Below are positions 1-8,784 of a stretch of 13,517 nt of DNA, in pieces (position 1 is the stretch's first letter; each line of letters starts with the position of its first letter). This DNA is from Candidatus Krumholzibacteriia bacterium (GTDB taxonomy: Bacteria > Krumholzibacteriota > Krumholzibacteriia > JAJRXK01), in the NCBI GenBank assembly GCA_041484665.1, contig JBGPIA010000036.1, positions 1 to 13,517 on the forward strand, written 5' to 3'. Both the position numbers and the translations under genes were made by a program. A model generated the notes under the pieces. It saw only the letters and a program-made list of their open reading frames with translations. It was not told where the DNA came from and did no database searches.

Positions 1-61
1 CGGCTTCCCGCCAGTAGGGCTTGGCCAGCGTCCTGGCCAGCCACGACTTCCTCGAGCTCAT
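1..61 (-). CDS. N-terminus of a putative IS66 accessory protein TnpA (partial, runs off the window)
   Basis: GGAGG-N9-ATG, then MSSRKSWLARTLAKPYWREA. Position just inside the putative IR and the YWREA segment fit an IS66 tnpA-like first ORF. Only 20 codons are visible. Confidence 0.5.
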   Translation of the reverse strand, partial: MSSRKSWLARTLAKPYWREA

Positions 62-139
62 CGGACACCACCTCCCAGGGGGTGCCCGACAGTGTCAGGC
101 GCCAGCGGTCAGCTCAACATGGGTTGCCCGAACGGATAC
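1..139 (-). mobile_element. Left end of a probable IS66-family insertion sequence (continues beyond the window start)
   Basis: Minus strand from 139 reads GTATCCGTTCGGGCAACCCATGTT, resembling IS66-family terminal IRs (GTA[A/T]-initiated). It is followed by an imperfect palindrome (84..100), a GGAGG RBS (71..75) and an ATG at 61. The + strand ORF only becomes recognisably beta-helix-like immediately right of 139. Confidence 0.65.
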
Positions 140-1208
140 GGTGCGGGGCGCATCGGCCATCGACATGGGCACCATGGCCATCGGCGTGGTGGCGTCCGGC
201 AACGGCTCCGTCACCATCCAGGACCAGGGATCGATCATCCGCTCCAATGACAATGTCTGGGTGGGTGGCGGCTTCGGCGGAGTGGGCGGGACGGGCTCAC
301 TTCTGATCGACAATGGCGGCGTCATCAGCGTGCCGCACATCACCGGCATCAACCCGGCGCTGATCACCGTGTACCCCACGGTGGGAACGGTCACGGTGCG
401 CAATGCCGGGTTGCTGACCACGCCGGGCACACTCGATGACCGTGGCCGGGTCACGATCCTCGACGGCGAAATCCATGCTCAGACCGTCAACATGCCCGGC
501 ACTGGCATCCTCGACGGCACCGGGCTGATCCAGGCGAACTTCAACACCAACGGGAGCCTCGATCCCCACGAAGCCAGCAACGCTGTGGGAGTGCTGCAAG
601 TCGTGGGCGGCATGCAGGCCTTCGGATTGTTTCACTACGTGGCAGACCTGGTCGCGCCCACGGTGAATGGCTGCGATGTCCTGCAGTTCTCCGGCACGGT
701 CGCGCTGAGCGGCGGCACGCTGGACCTGCGCACGCCGCCGGGCTTCGTGGGCCACCCCGGCGACACCTTCGGCATCCTGACCTGCGGCTCGCGCACCGGC
801 ACGTTCGCTGCCGTAACCTGGAATGGCGCTGCGCTGGCCGGTCAGGCCACGATCGTGTACGGGGCCAACTACATCTGGGTCGTCATTCCGGGCGCGGCCA
901 CTGGCGTCGACCCGGGCACGACGGGCAAAGACGTCACCGAGCTGCGCTTCGCCCCCGCCGGCGGGAACGCGCGCGTCGCCTTCGCGCTCGACCTGCCCCA
1001 GGCGTCCGACGTGCAGGTGAAGCTGTTCGATCTGCGCGGGCGCGAGCGGGGCACGGTGTTCACGGGCACGCTCGCGGCTGGGCAACACCAGCTCGAGGGA
1101 CGCGCGCAGGCGCGCGATCTGCCCAGCGGAGCCTACTTCGCGCGCGCGGTCATCCAGTCCGGCGGGCGCACCACCGTCCGCTCCGCACGCACGCTGATCG
1201 TCCACTGA
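140..1208 (+). pseudogene. 3' part of an IS-interrupted secreted beta-helix/autotransporter-passenger-like protein with a C-terminal FlgD-Ig/T9SS-like sorting domain (ORF track 21..1208)
   Basis: Gly-rich repeats (GNGSVTIQDQGS..VWVGGG..GTGSLLIDNGGVI) resemble T5SS/PEP-CTERM-associated repeats. CDVLQFSGTVALSGGTLDL..GDTFGILT..RTGTF resembles a passenger C-terminal segment. The tail VKLFDLRGR..LPSGAYFAR..RTLIVH is a sorting domain. There is no signal peptide, and the first ~40 codons of the ORF lie in the putative IS end. Confidence 0.7.
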
Positions 1209-1283
1209 TCCGACGCGTGCCGCGCGCGCCGAGACGGCCCATTCGCTCCACGAGCGGATGCGGCCGCCTCGGCGCGCGTGGCT
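990..1283 (+). repeat. 294-bp direct repeat, copy 1 (3' end of gene 1, stop codon and hairpin)
   Basis: Manual alignment to 13086..13379 at constant offset 12096: 11 substitutions, no indels (~96% identity). Confidence 0.97.
1219..1282. terminator. Long GC-rich imperfect hairpin between convergent genes (possible bidirectional terminator or REP-like element)
   Basis: CGCGCGCCGAG (1223..1233) pairs with CTCGGCGCGCG (1268..1278); CGGCC pairs with GGCCG; CATTCGCTC pairs with GAGCGGATG around a CAC loop (1249..1251). It sits between the stops at 1208 and 1300. No U-tract. Confidence 0.6.
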
Positions 1284-1299
1284 TCCCACACCCTCGCGC

Positions 1300-4200
1300 T
1301 CAGCGTAACACGACCACGCGCCGCGTCAGCTGGAGCTGCGGCCCGCCCGCGCGCACGATGTATACGCCCGCGGCGACGCGACGACCGTTGCCGTCCGATC
1401 CATCCCATGCGAAGGGGTGGACTCCAGGCTGCACGATGCCCTCGAACACTCTTCTGACACGGCGGCCGGCCAGGTCAAAGACGTCCAGGACGACGGGAGT
1501 TGCCCGGGGTGTGGCCAGGCTTAACGTGGCTCGTCCGATGAGCGGGTTTGGATACGCGCTGAGCGCGTACACCGTGGGCGACCCGGACACGGGGCCGGGC
1601 TCAGGTGATGGCACGCCGGTGGCAATGGTGGGCTGGTTGAGCACCAGCAGCCCCGAGGCACCATCGGCCACGAACACCCGTCCGTTGGCCACGATTACAT
1701 GGTTGGCGGTCCCACCGGTCTCCAAGAATGACACGGGCTGCGGCGACGTGGGGCTCGACACGTCCACCACCGCGAGCCCGTCGCTCCCGTTGGTGACGTA
1801 GGCTCTCCCACCGTCCACGGTTACACCGGTGGCATAGCCGTGTGTGTCGAACGTGCTGATGACCGAATTGGACCCCCCGAGCTGGACGATCGCCAGCCCA
1901 GCGGATCCGCAGGCAACGTACGCGTATTGGCCGGCGACCTCGACGTCGTTAGCGTCGCCCGGCAGCTCGATGGACGTCATGATCGACGGGATTCTGCCCG
2001 GCCTCGTGTCGACGATCCAAAGCTGCCCGCCAAAGCCATCCGCGACGTAGGCACGGTCTGCAACCGGTGATGCGAACGTGACGCGTCGCGAATCTCCATC
2101 CACGTCAAACTCCCCAAGCAGGCTCGGAAACTCCGGATAGGTCCAGTCGAGGAGGTCGATGCGATTGAAAGCGACGGCGATCACTCGGCCTGTCGCGTCG
2201 ATGTCGGCCGCGCTGAAGCCAAAGTCGGGAAACGTCCCGTCCACAGCACCGCTGCCCAGGTCGATCGACGTGAGCTGGCTTGTGCCGGTGACGACCGCGC
2301 GAGCGCCTCGCGAACGGATATCCAGAGCGTCTCCTTGAAATCCCGGTACGGCCCCCAACACAGTCGGGTTGGATGGTGCGCTGACATCGACGACCGTGAC
2401 CCCGGCTGCACCATCGGCGACATAGGCCAACGTTGGCGCCTTGCTCGAGCCGCTACCTGCGGACGCCGCGGGGGGCGGCGGTCCGTACACGATGATGGCC
2501 TGGGCATCGCCGGGGGTGTCGGCCCAGGCGCCGCCAGCGGGGATCGTGGTGACGCGGAAGGAGTAGGTTCCCGATCCGCCGTTGTCGTTGACGACGTACA
2601 GCGTGTGCGGCCCCGAGCGCGTCGCGATGTAGCTCGCGTACGGCATCCCGTTCGTCTCAAGCGCTGGAAGCGGGTCCCCAGGAGCCGAGCCCCGCCCGTC
2701 CCAGCCAGTGCCCTTGCTGAGGCACAGCCTTGCGTCCAGCGAGCCGGTGGCGGCAAACTCGAAGTAGTACGTCGTGCCCGACTGGAGCACGACATCCCAG
2801 GCGTCCACAATATCAGTCGCTGCAAAGCTCCGCGTGGTCGGGGGGCCGTCCAAGCTGATCGTGCCAAGGCCCGCGTCCCATTCCATGCGAATCGGAATCG
2901 GATTGTTGTAAACGTGGAAGACGACAGCTCGGTATCTGCCTGTCGCGAGTCCGCCAGGCGCGAGGTTCGCGGAAAGCACGCCGACCTTGCCGTACTCTGC
3001 CCAGCATTCGGCCTGCGCTACGGTCAAGCCGCAGCCCGGCTCGGGCGTGCCTACGAGCACATGTGCCGGACCGAGAGCCGGCGCCTCCACCCGCCAGGCG
3101 AGCGCCCCGCTCTGTGCCGCAGTCTGCTCGAATTCGAACTTCCAAGGGAAGCCTGAGATACTCTGGGGTGGCTTCAGCACCGACTGCTGTGTGAGCAGGA
3201 TCGGGAAACCGCAGCCGCGCACTTCGACGGCGTCATCGGGGACGACAGGATTCGTCGACATGCTTGTTACCAGCAGATACCAGTCGTTTGTTGGTACGAA
3301 GAAGGAGGCCGGGGTAACCGGCGAGGCAGGGGTGCCCTGAACCTCCAGGAGCGCGCTGCCCGTGGAAAACCATGCGTTCCCAGGGGTGCTGTTCCTGAAT
3401 ACGCGCAGCCAGGAGGGCTGCGGCGCGCTGGAGGTGTAGTACACGTCCTGTCTCGTGCCCGCGTACAGGTAGACTCGGAACACCCGGATGGGACTGGCGA
3501 CATTCAGAGTGCCGGTCCAGTCAAATACATATCCATCCACCGCGAGATCGGTGGGGGTCATCCACCGGAGGGCTCCAGTGGTCGCGGGCACTGCTGTCTG
3601 GGCGTCCACCCCATAGGTCGCACCTGGGGTCCAACGCAGGTCGGCCGCGAGATAGGTGACGGGAGCGAGTGGCGCTGACGCGAGCATGTTCGAGAAGCAG
3701 GTCGGGGGCGGGGCAAAGCCGGTGCTGAAGACCTGGAGGGTCCAGTCTGGAGACAGGGGGGGACTCCAGGTGGTCAACACGCCCCAGTTCTGGGTCGGCG
3801 CTTGCAGTGTGTACAGGGCGCCTGGCGAAGCCAATGCTGCTCCATTGGCTGTGTCCAAGAGCACGGAGCCCGGGCACACGTGGTTGTTCATCGACTGGGC
3901 AGTGATCCAGTTGGACGCGAACTGCTGAGACTGGGGTGTGGTCGCGATCACGCGAAACGTGTTGTCGACCAGATCCGCGGTCGTCTGGATGTCCGCGCTG
4001 TAGTTCGGCCCGCCACCGCCGCCCACTGAGGCGATCGGCACAAAGCTGGGGGGAACGGTCGCTCGCTCGATTTGGAAGTCAGTGAACGGCCCGCCGTCCC
4101 CCTCGCGGAAGGTGGCGCGCACGAAGCCGCCGTTGTCATCGGGCACGTCATTGACGGACAGCAGAAGCGGTTCGGGGTGTCCCAGGCGGCCGACGCTGTT

Positions 4201-5607
4201 CTCGAGCCGCGACGCGAACACATCGTTGATGAGAGCGAATCCGGAGTTGCGGCGGTCCTCCCAGGCAATGATCGTCCCCCCCAGGCCATCCGCGACGATC
4301 ACCGGGAAGAACTGATTGTGCGACTCCGTGCAGACCGCAACCCCATTGGCTGGCCACCATGCGCCGCCGAAGTCGTCGAGGTGTTGCGCGTAGACATCGA
4401 AGGTGCCGGCCACGGTGCGGACATCCTGCCAAGTGATCACGACGCCGCCGACCCCGTCGGAGACGAGATCGACATTGGTTTGGGCGAAGGGAGCCGGGCA
4501 GACCGCGACCCCGTTGGCGAGCCACAAGCGATTGCCACTTCCGTCGATCCGCTGGGCGTAGATGTCGGGTCCCGTCGTTGTGCTGTTGCGGTCGTCCTCC
4601 CACGCCAGGATCGCTCCACCCTGACCGTCGGGAATCATCTTGGGGAGGAGCATCAAGTCAGCGGCGACCCGAATGGGGACGCCATTGGCAGCCCACAACA
4701 TGGCTCCCGAGGCATCGATGTGCTGGGCATACAGATCGGTGTGGGTCGAGGAGTTGCGACGGTCTTCCCAAGCCACGATCGCGCCACCGGCGCCATCACT
4801 GACAATCATCGGGGAGAGCTGCGCGGCGGGGTGAGTGCAGACGGGCATGCCCGGGGGGTCCCAAAGGAGCACGCCCGAGAGGCTGACCTTCTGAGCGTAG
4901 ATGTCCGGATTGGGGCCGCTTCGAGCGTCCTGCCAGACGATGATCGCAGTCCCGTCGCCCTCGGTGGCGACCGCGGGGACGGTTCGTGCAGCCGACGAGT
5001 TGCAGACTCTGAACCCGTTCGCCTGCCCTAGCCGACCGCCGCTGGTGAAGACCTGTGCATAGACGTCGTCAGTTCCGCTGCGAGCGTCGATCCAGGCCGC
5101 GATCGCAATTTCGTGGTCCGGGTCTACCGCAAGGCTGGGCGCCCGCTGGCCCCCGGTAGCGACGCCGAGCGGGTACCCATTGGGTGTCGTCAACACGTTG
5201 CCACTGCCATCGGTAACGGCACCGAAGATGTCACCGGTGTCCGTGCGCGCGTCTTGCCACACGTAGTAGAACTGCCCGCCGTTGTCATGACCAACGCGGG
5301 GGGCCGACTGCGTGCCGGAGGTCGTGCAGAGGGCGATGCCATCAGGCGCCCAGAGTCCCGTGCCGTGCTGATCCACCCTGCGTGCGAAGATGTCGGAGGC
5401 CGAGCTGGTGCGATTGTCCGCCCAGACCATGACCGCACCGCCCAACGCATCCGCGGTAATGGCGACACCGTATTGGTCGTCGGTTGCGGTGCAGATGGGG
5501 TTTCCGTTGGCGACCCACTGGGCTTTCGTGAGTTCGGGGGCGCAGAGTGCCAGCACGGCACCCAACAGCGCAGCGAACGAGCGCGCGTCACGAGTTCTGG
5601 CGTACAT
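1300..5607 (-). CDS. 1435-aa secreted multidomain surface protein: signal peptide, 8 x ~56-aa beta-propeller-like repeats, FN3-like domain, two PPC-like modules, LVIVD repeats, C-terminal FlgD-Ig/T9SS-type-A-like domain
   Basis: RBS GAGAGG upstream of ATG 5607; signal FAALLGAVLALCAPELTKA|QW. Eight repeats of W..NG..(V/I)C.....Q..P....DG.GG....W.D.R....D(I/V)YAQ. Then DVPDDNGGFVR, YVADG..G(L/V).(V/I)VDVS.P..P LVIVD-type repeats, and the tail YPNP..LDVFDLAGRRVR..WDGSDGNGRRVAAGVYIVR..RRVVVLR. Confidence 0.92.
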   Translation of the reverse strand: MYARTRDARSFAALLGAVLALCAPELTKAQWVANGNPICTATDDQYGVAITADALGGAVMVWADNRTSSASDIFARRVDQHGTGLWAPDGIALCTTSGTQSAPRVGHDNGGQFYYVWQDARTDTGDIFGAVTDGSGNVLTTPNGYPLGVATGGQRAPSLAVDPDHEIAIAAWIDARSGTDDVYAQVFTSGGRLGQANGFRVCNSSAARTVPAVATEGDGTAIIVWQDARSGPNPDIYAQKVSLSGVLLWDPPGMPVCTHPAAQLSPMIVSDGAGGAIVAWEDRRNSSTHTDLYAQHIDASGAMLWAANGVPIRVAADLMLLPKMIPDGQGGAILAWEDDRNSTTTGPDIYAQRIDGSGNRLWLANGVAVCPAPFAQTNVDLVSDGVGGVVITWQDVRTVAGTFDVYAQHLDDFGGAWWPANGVAVCTESHNQFFPVIVADGLGGTIIAWEDRRNSGFALINDVFASRLENSVGRLGHPEPLLLSVNDVPDDNGGFVRATFREGDGGPFTDFQIERATVPPSFVPIASVGGGGGPNYSADIQTTADLVDNTFRVIATTPQSQQFASNWITAQSMNNHVCPGSVLLDTANGAALASPGALYTLQAPTQNWGVLTTWSPPLSPDWTLQVFSTGFAPPPTCFSNMLASAPLAPVTYLAADLRWTPGATYGVDAQTAVPATTGALRWMTPTDLAVDGYVFDWTGTLNVASPIRVFRVYLYAGTRQDVYYTSSAPQPSWLRVFRNSTPGNAWFSTGSALLEVQGTPASPVTPASFFVPTNDWYLLVTSMSTNPVVPDDAVEVRGCGFPILLTQQSVLKPPQSISGFPWKFEFEQTAAQSGALAWRVEAPALGPAHVLVGTPEPGCGLTVAQAECWAEYGKVGVLSANLAPGGLATGRYRAVVFHVYNNPIPIRMEWDAGLGTISLDGPPTTRSFAATDIVDAWDVVLQSGTTYYFEFAATGSLDARLCLSKGTGWDGRGSAPGDPLPALETNGMPYASYIATRSGPHTLYVVNDNGGSGTYSFRVTTIPAGGAWADTPGDAQAIIVYGPPPPAASAGSGSSKAPTLAYVADGAAGVTVVDVSAPSNPTVLGAVPGFQGDALDIRSRGARAVVTGTSQLTSIDLGSGAVDGTFPDFGFSAADIDATGRVIAVAFNRIDLLDWTYPEFPSLLGEFDVDGDSRRVTFASPVADRAYVADGFGGQLWIVDTRPGRIPSIMTSIELPGDANDVEVAGQYAYVACGSAGLAIVQLGGSNSVISTFDTHGYATGVTVDGGRAYVTNGSDGLAVVDVSSPTSPQPVSFLETGGTANHVIVANGRVFVADGASGLLVLNQPTIATGVPSPEPGPVSGSPTVYALSAYPNPLIGRATLSLATPRATPVVLDVFDLAGRRVRRVFEGIVQPGVHPFAWDGSDGNGRRVAAGVYIVRAGGPQLQLTRRVVVLR
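4200..5517 (-). repeat. Eight tandem ~55-57-aa protein repeats (probable 8-bladed beta-propeller)
   Basis: Counted in the translation: WADNR, WQDAR, WIDAR, WQDAR, WEDRR, WEDDR, WQDVR, WEDRR, each followed by a D(I/V/L)(F/Y) strand. Confidence 0.85.
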
Positions 5608-5685
5608 GAAGACACCTCTCTGGTGGAGTCGCCGAGCGTTTCACCGGCATGAGCTGGCCTGGGCGGGGACCGCGCGACCGACCGG

Positions 5686-8600
5686 ATGCCGACCGAGAGC
5701 GCGGCAGCCGCAGGCGGGGCCGGGTTCACCCAGAACCAGGTACTTCACGGACTCACGTCCCCGCCGCTGATCACAGAATTGGTGCCACGAGGGGAAAGGG
5801 GGGGGTATCCTTGTGGGGCTCGAGTCACCCCACGCCGGGCGAGTGGCCCCGGCATCGCCGTCCGCGTCAGGCACGGTCCCGCAGTGCACGCTCCCGCGCT
5901 CGCTGGTGCACCTGGCTTCGCCGAGTCCTCCCGCAGCGCGCGGACGGAACTCGCTTCGCGGCTGCTGGAACGCCTGCGCGGCTCCGCCGCATACGGTCTG
6001 CTGCTGGCATGGCTGGTTGTGACCTTCGCCGACGCATCGGCACTTGCGGCCGCTCGCCGGTCCGCGCCGCCGGCCGTGGCCACCGCCGACTCGCTCTACC
6101 AGGCCGGCCAGCGGGGGCGGGCCATGCAGCTGCTTGACTCGCTTGCGGTTGCGCCCGGCACGCTCGCGAACCCTCGACTGCTCCAGGCGATCCTGCTGGC
6201 GCGAGGGCGGCAGAAGTACGGGTCCGGCCGCACGCCGGAAGCAGACCACGACTTGCGCCAGTCACTCCGGCTGGCCGAGGGCCTGCGCGACACCCTGGGC
6301 ATCTGCCGAAGCATGCGGTGGCTGGCGCTGGTGTGCGAGCGCCAGGGTCTGACCGCGGAGAGCCGGCGCTACTACCACCGGCTCCACGACTGGGCCGGCC
6401 GCCTTGGCGAGCGTGTGCTGCAGGCCGTCGGCTTGTGGGGAATGGCGTTCGAGGATCAGGTCGAAGGGCGAGCTGCGGCCGCGCGTGAGAAATACGAGTC
6501 AGCGATCGCGGTCTTTCGAGAGGAGGGCGACGTCCGCAACGAATTGCACGCGATGCTGAGCCTGGGCGACTTTCTCTGGTCGGTGGGAGACAACCTTGGC
6601 TCGCGCCGGACCAACCTGGACCTCGTTCGTCTCAGTCGGATGCACGGCATGCGTGAGACGGAGGCCTCGGCGCTGAACAACCTCGCGGCCTGGGAAGCGC
6701 AGGTCGGAGATCCGAGCGAGGCTGTTCGCCTGTGGCGAGAGGCGGAACAGCTCAGCGGACAATCGGGGAGCGAGATCACCCGCGCAGTGGTGCGCGGCAA
6801 CATCGGGTGGGCACTTCTCCAGCAAGGGTTGTGGGACGACGGCGCCGCCCTGCTCGATAGTGTCCGTGCCGCTGCGTCCGCCCAGCAGGACGCTGGGAAT
6901 CGCGGTTGGACGCTGACGCAGCTGGCCGCCGCTCGGGAGGAGCAAGGGCGCCACGCCGAAGCGGCGCGACTGTGGCACCGAGTGCTGGCGGCCGCCGATT
7001 CGATTCCAGCCAACCACGTGATCGTAGCAGCGGACGCCCTCGCGATTTCGAGCGGCGATCCAGCCGCAGAGCTTGCGGTCCTGAGAGCGCTGGGTGAACG
7101 AATCGAAGCGCACCTCAGCTACGCGATGCGACGGGAGTGGGCGGATGCGCAGGCGGTTCTTTTGCTGCGGCTGCACCGCTACGATGAAGCCCTCCAGATC
7201 TGGCGGCGACTGGATCAAGGCGCGACGGCTCTGGAGGGGTTCCATATCGCCGTGCGCGCCACGCGCTGCGCCCGCGCTGCCGGAAACCTCGACAGCGCGC
7301 GCGTCTGGCTGACCCGGGCGCGTGCGCGCTGGGAGCGCGACCGCCGCATTCCGAGCGACCCAAGTTGGAGGGAGTCGCGGTCGTTGAGCGTACGGTCGCT
7401 GGTGCCGGATCTCGTCGAATTGACCCTGGGAGGTCCACCGGACGGGAGCTCTGGAATCGCCGCCGCGTACGACGCCGTGCAACAGATCAAGCTCCGCACC
7501 TTCCTGGAGCGGGTGGCCGGCCCCAGCGCGCCGATCCAACCGGCCGAGGCGGTCGCAAGGTTGGAGACCGTCCAAGCCGAGGCGTTGGCTCCTGGCGAGC
7601 TGCTGCTGGATGCCGTCGTCGGTGACGAGCAGTCGTACGTGTTCGCAGTCACGCGCGACGCGTGCCGGCTGATGCGACTCCCCGGCGCCGACGAGCTCAC
7701 CGACCGATTGGCGCGCGTGCAAGAGCTACTGACAGACCCCACCGAGCTCTCGCGGCCCGGGCCAGACTCACTCGGCGCGGCGATGCGGGTGAACGCGCTG
7801 CAGGCCCTGTCCGACCAGATGCTGGGGCCCATCGGAGACCTCATCGCGCGCCAACGGAGATTGATCGTCTCGGCAGACGGACCCCTTCATTTGTTGGACC
7901 TGGGAGCGCTCCCTCCACCCGCTTCGGCCTCATCCAGCGCCCGCGCTCTGCTCGAGACGCACGAGATCGTGCGCATCCCGTCGGCCACGGTTCTGCTGCG
8001 CCTGCGTGAGCGCAACACGGTTGGCGCCGCGGCTGAGCACCCGCCGCGGATGCTCGCGGTGCCCAGCGCCGCGGATACCACGGGAAGGGTGCTCGCGGGC
8101 AGCCTTGCTGAGGTGCATGCGCTAGCCCGGCGCTACCGGGGCTTCGCGGTCTATCGGTCAGCGGGGGGTACGAAGGAACGGTCGCCGGCAACCGAATACC
8201 TGCGCGACTACGACGTGCTTCACCTGACCGGTCACTGCACCGCTGACGATCGCCGGCCCTGGAATTCGCGATTCGTGATCGAGCGGCGCGACGTTCCCGA
8301 GCCTTCCATCGAGCTGCGGGCTTCGGAAGTGCTCGGAGCGAAGCTGGGGGCGCAGCTGTGCACTCTGGCAAGCTGCGAATCGGCCGCGGGGCCGTTGCAC
8401 ACGGGGGAGGGGGTCCAGGGGTTGGCCGGCGCCTTTCTGGCTGCGGGTGTTCGTACGGTCGTGGCGACCACCGCGCCGGTGGACGATCAAACGAGCGCCC
8501 GGGTGGTGCTACGCTTCTACGAGGAACTCAGCCACGGCGCCACCGTGGGGGTGGCGCTGCGTGCGGCCCAGCTCGCGATCCGGAATGATCGGCGTACCGA

Positions 8601-8784
8601 TCATCCGTTCTATTGGGCCGGCTGGGTCGTGATCGGCGACCCGGACACGCGCATCGTACTCCGCCGCCGGTGGCCCGGGGGAGGCGCACTGGCCCTTGGT
8701 GGCCTGGCCGTCGCGCTGGCAATGCTGGGCGCGTGGAGGTACGGCTTCCGGGCACGCCAGCGGTCGGCCACGAAAAATCTGTGA
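5686..8784 (+). CDS. TPR-CHAT (caspase-like, clan CD) protease with N-terminal hydrophobic signal/anchor and C-terminal transmembrane helix
   Basis: TPR-like helices (EASALNNLAAWEAQVGDPSEAVRLWREA; GNIGWALLQQG). CHAT motifs LIVSADGPLHLL, VLHLTGHC (His at 8233), LCTLASCES (Cys at 8374), GEGVQGLAGAFLAAG..VDD and HPFYWAGWVVIG. C-terminal TM ALALGGLAVALAMLGAW followed by a basic tail. The true start is probably downstream of 5686 (e.g. GTG 5884), nearer the hydrophobic YGLLLAWLVVTFADASALA segment. Confidence 0.9.
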   Translation: MPTESAAAAGGAGFTQNQVLHGLTSPPLITELVPRGERGGYPCGARVTPRRASGPGIAVRVRHGPAVHAPALAGAPGFAESSRSARTELASRLLERLRGSAAYGLLLAWLVVTFADASALAAARRSAPPAVATADSLYQAGQRGRAMQLLDSLAVAPGTLANPRLLQAILLARGRQKYGSGRTPEADHDLRQSLRLAEGLRDTLGICRSMRWLALVCERQGLTAESRRYYHRLHDWAGRLGERVLQAVGLWGMAFEDQVEGRAAAAREKYESAIAVFREEGDVRNELHAMLSLGDFLWSVGDNLGSRRTNLDLVRLSRMHGMRETEASALNNLAAWEAQVGDPSEAVRLWREAEQLSGQSGSEITRAVVRGNIGWALLQQGLWDDGAALLDSVRAAASAQQDAGNRGWTLTQLAAAREEQGRHAEAARLWHRVLAAADSIPANHVIVAADALAISSGDPAAELAVLRALGERIEAHLSYAMRREWADAQAVLLLRLHRYDEALQIWRRLDQGATALEGFHIAVRATRCARAAGNLDSARVWLTRARARWERDRRIPSDPSWRESRSLSVRSLVPDLVELTLGGPPDGSSGIAAAYDAVQQIKLRTFLERVAGPSAPIQPAEAVARLETVQAEALAPGELLLDAVVGDEQSYVFAVTRDACRLMRLPGADELTDRLARVQELLTDPTELSRPGPDSLGAAMRVNALQALSDQMLGPIGDLIARQRRLIVSADGPLHLLDLGALPPPASASSSARALLETHEIVRIPSATVLLRLRERNTVGAAAEHPPRMLAVPSAADTTGRVLAGSLAEVHALARRYRGFAVYRSAGGTKERSPATEYLRDYDVLHLTGHCTADDRRPWNSRFVIERRDVPEPSIELRASEVLGAKLGAQLCTLASCESAAGPLHTGEGVQGLAGAFLAAGVRTVVATTAPVDDQTSARVVLRFYEELSHGATVGVALRAAQLAIRNDRRTDHPFYWAGWVVIGDPDTRIVLRRRWPGGGALALGGLAVALAMLGAWRYGFRARQRSATKNL
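5747..5780 (-). promoter_or_regulatory. Candidate ECF-type promoter upstream of the 1435-aa gene (AATTCTGTGA-N19-TCCGT)
   Basis: Resembles AAATCTGTGA-N20-TCCAT at 8775..8809, in front of the ECF gene. Only two instances, so speculative. Confidence 0.3.

Noticed and set aside
1219..1282. Integron attC site
   Set aside because: It lacks the RYYYAAC...GTTRRRY core boxes, and there is no integrase or cassette array.
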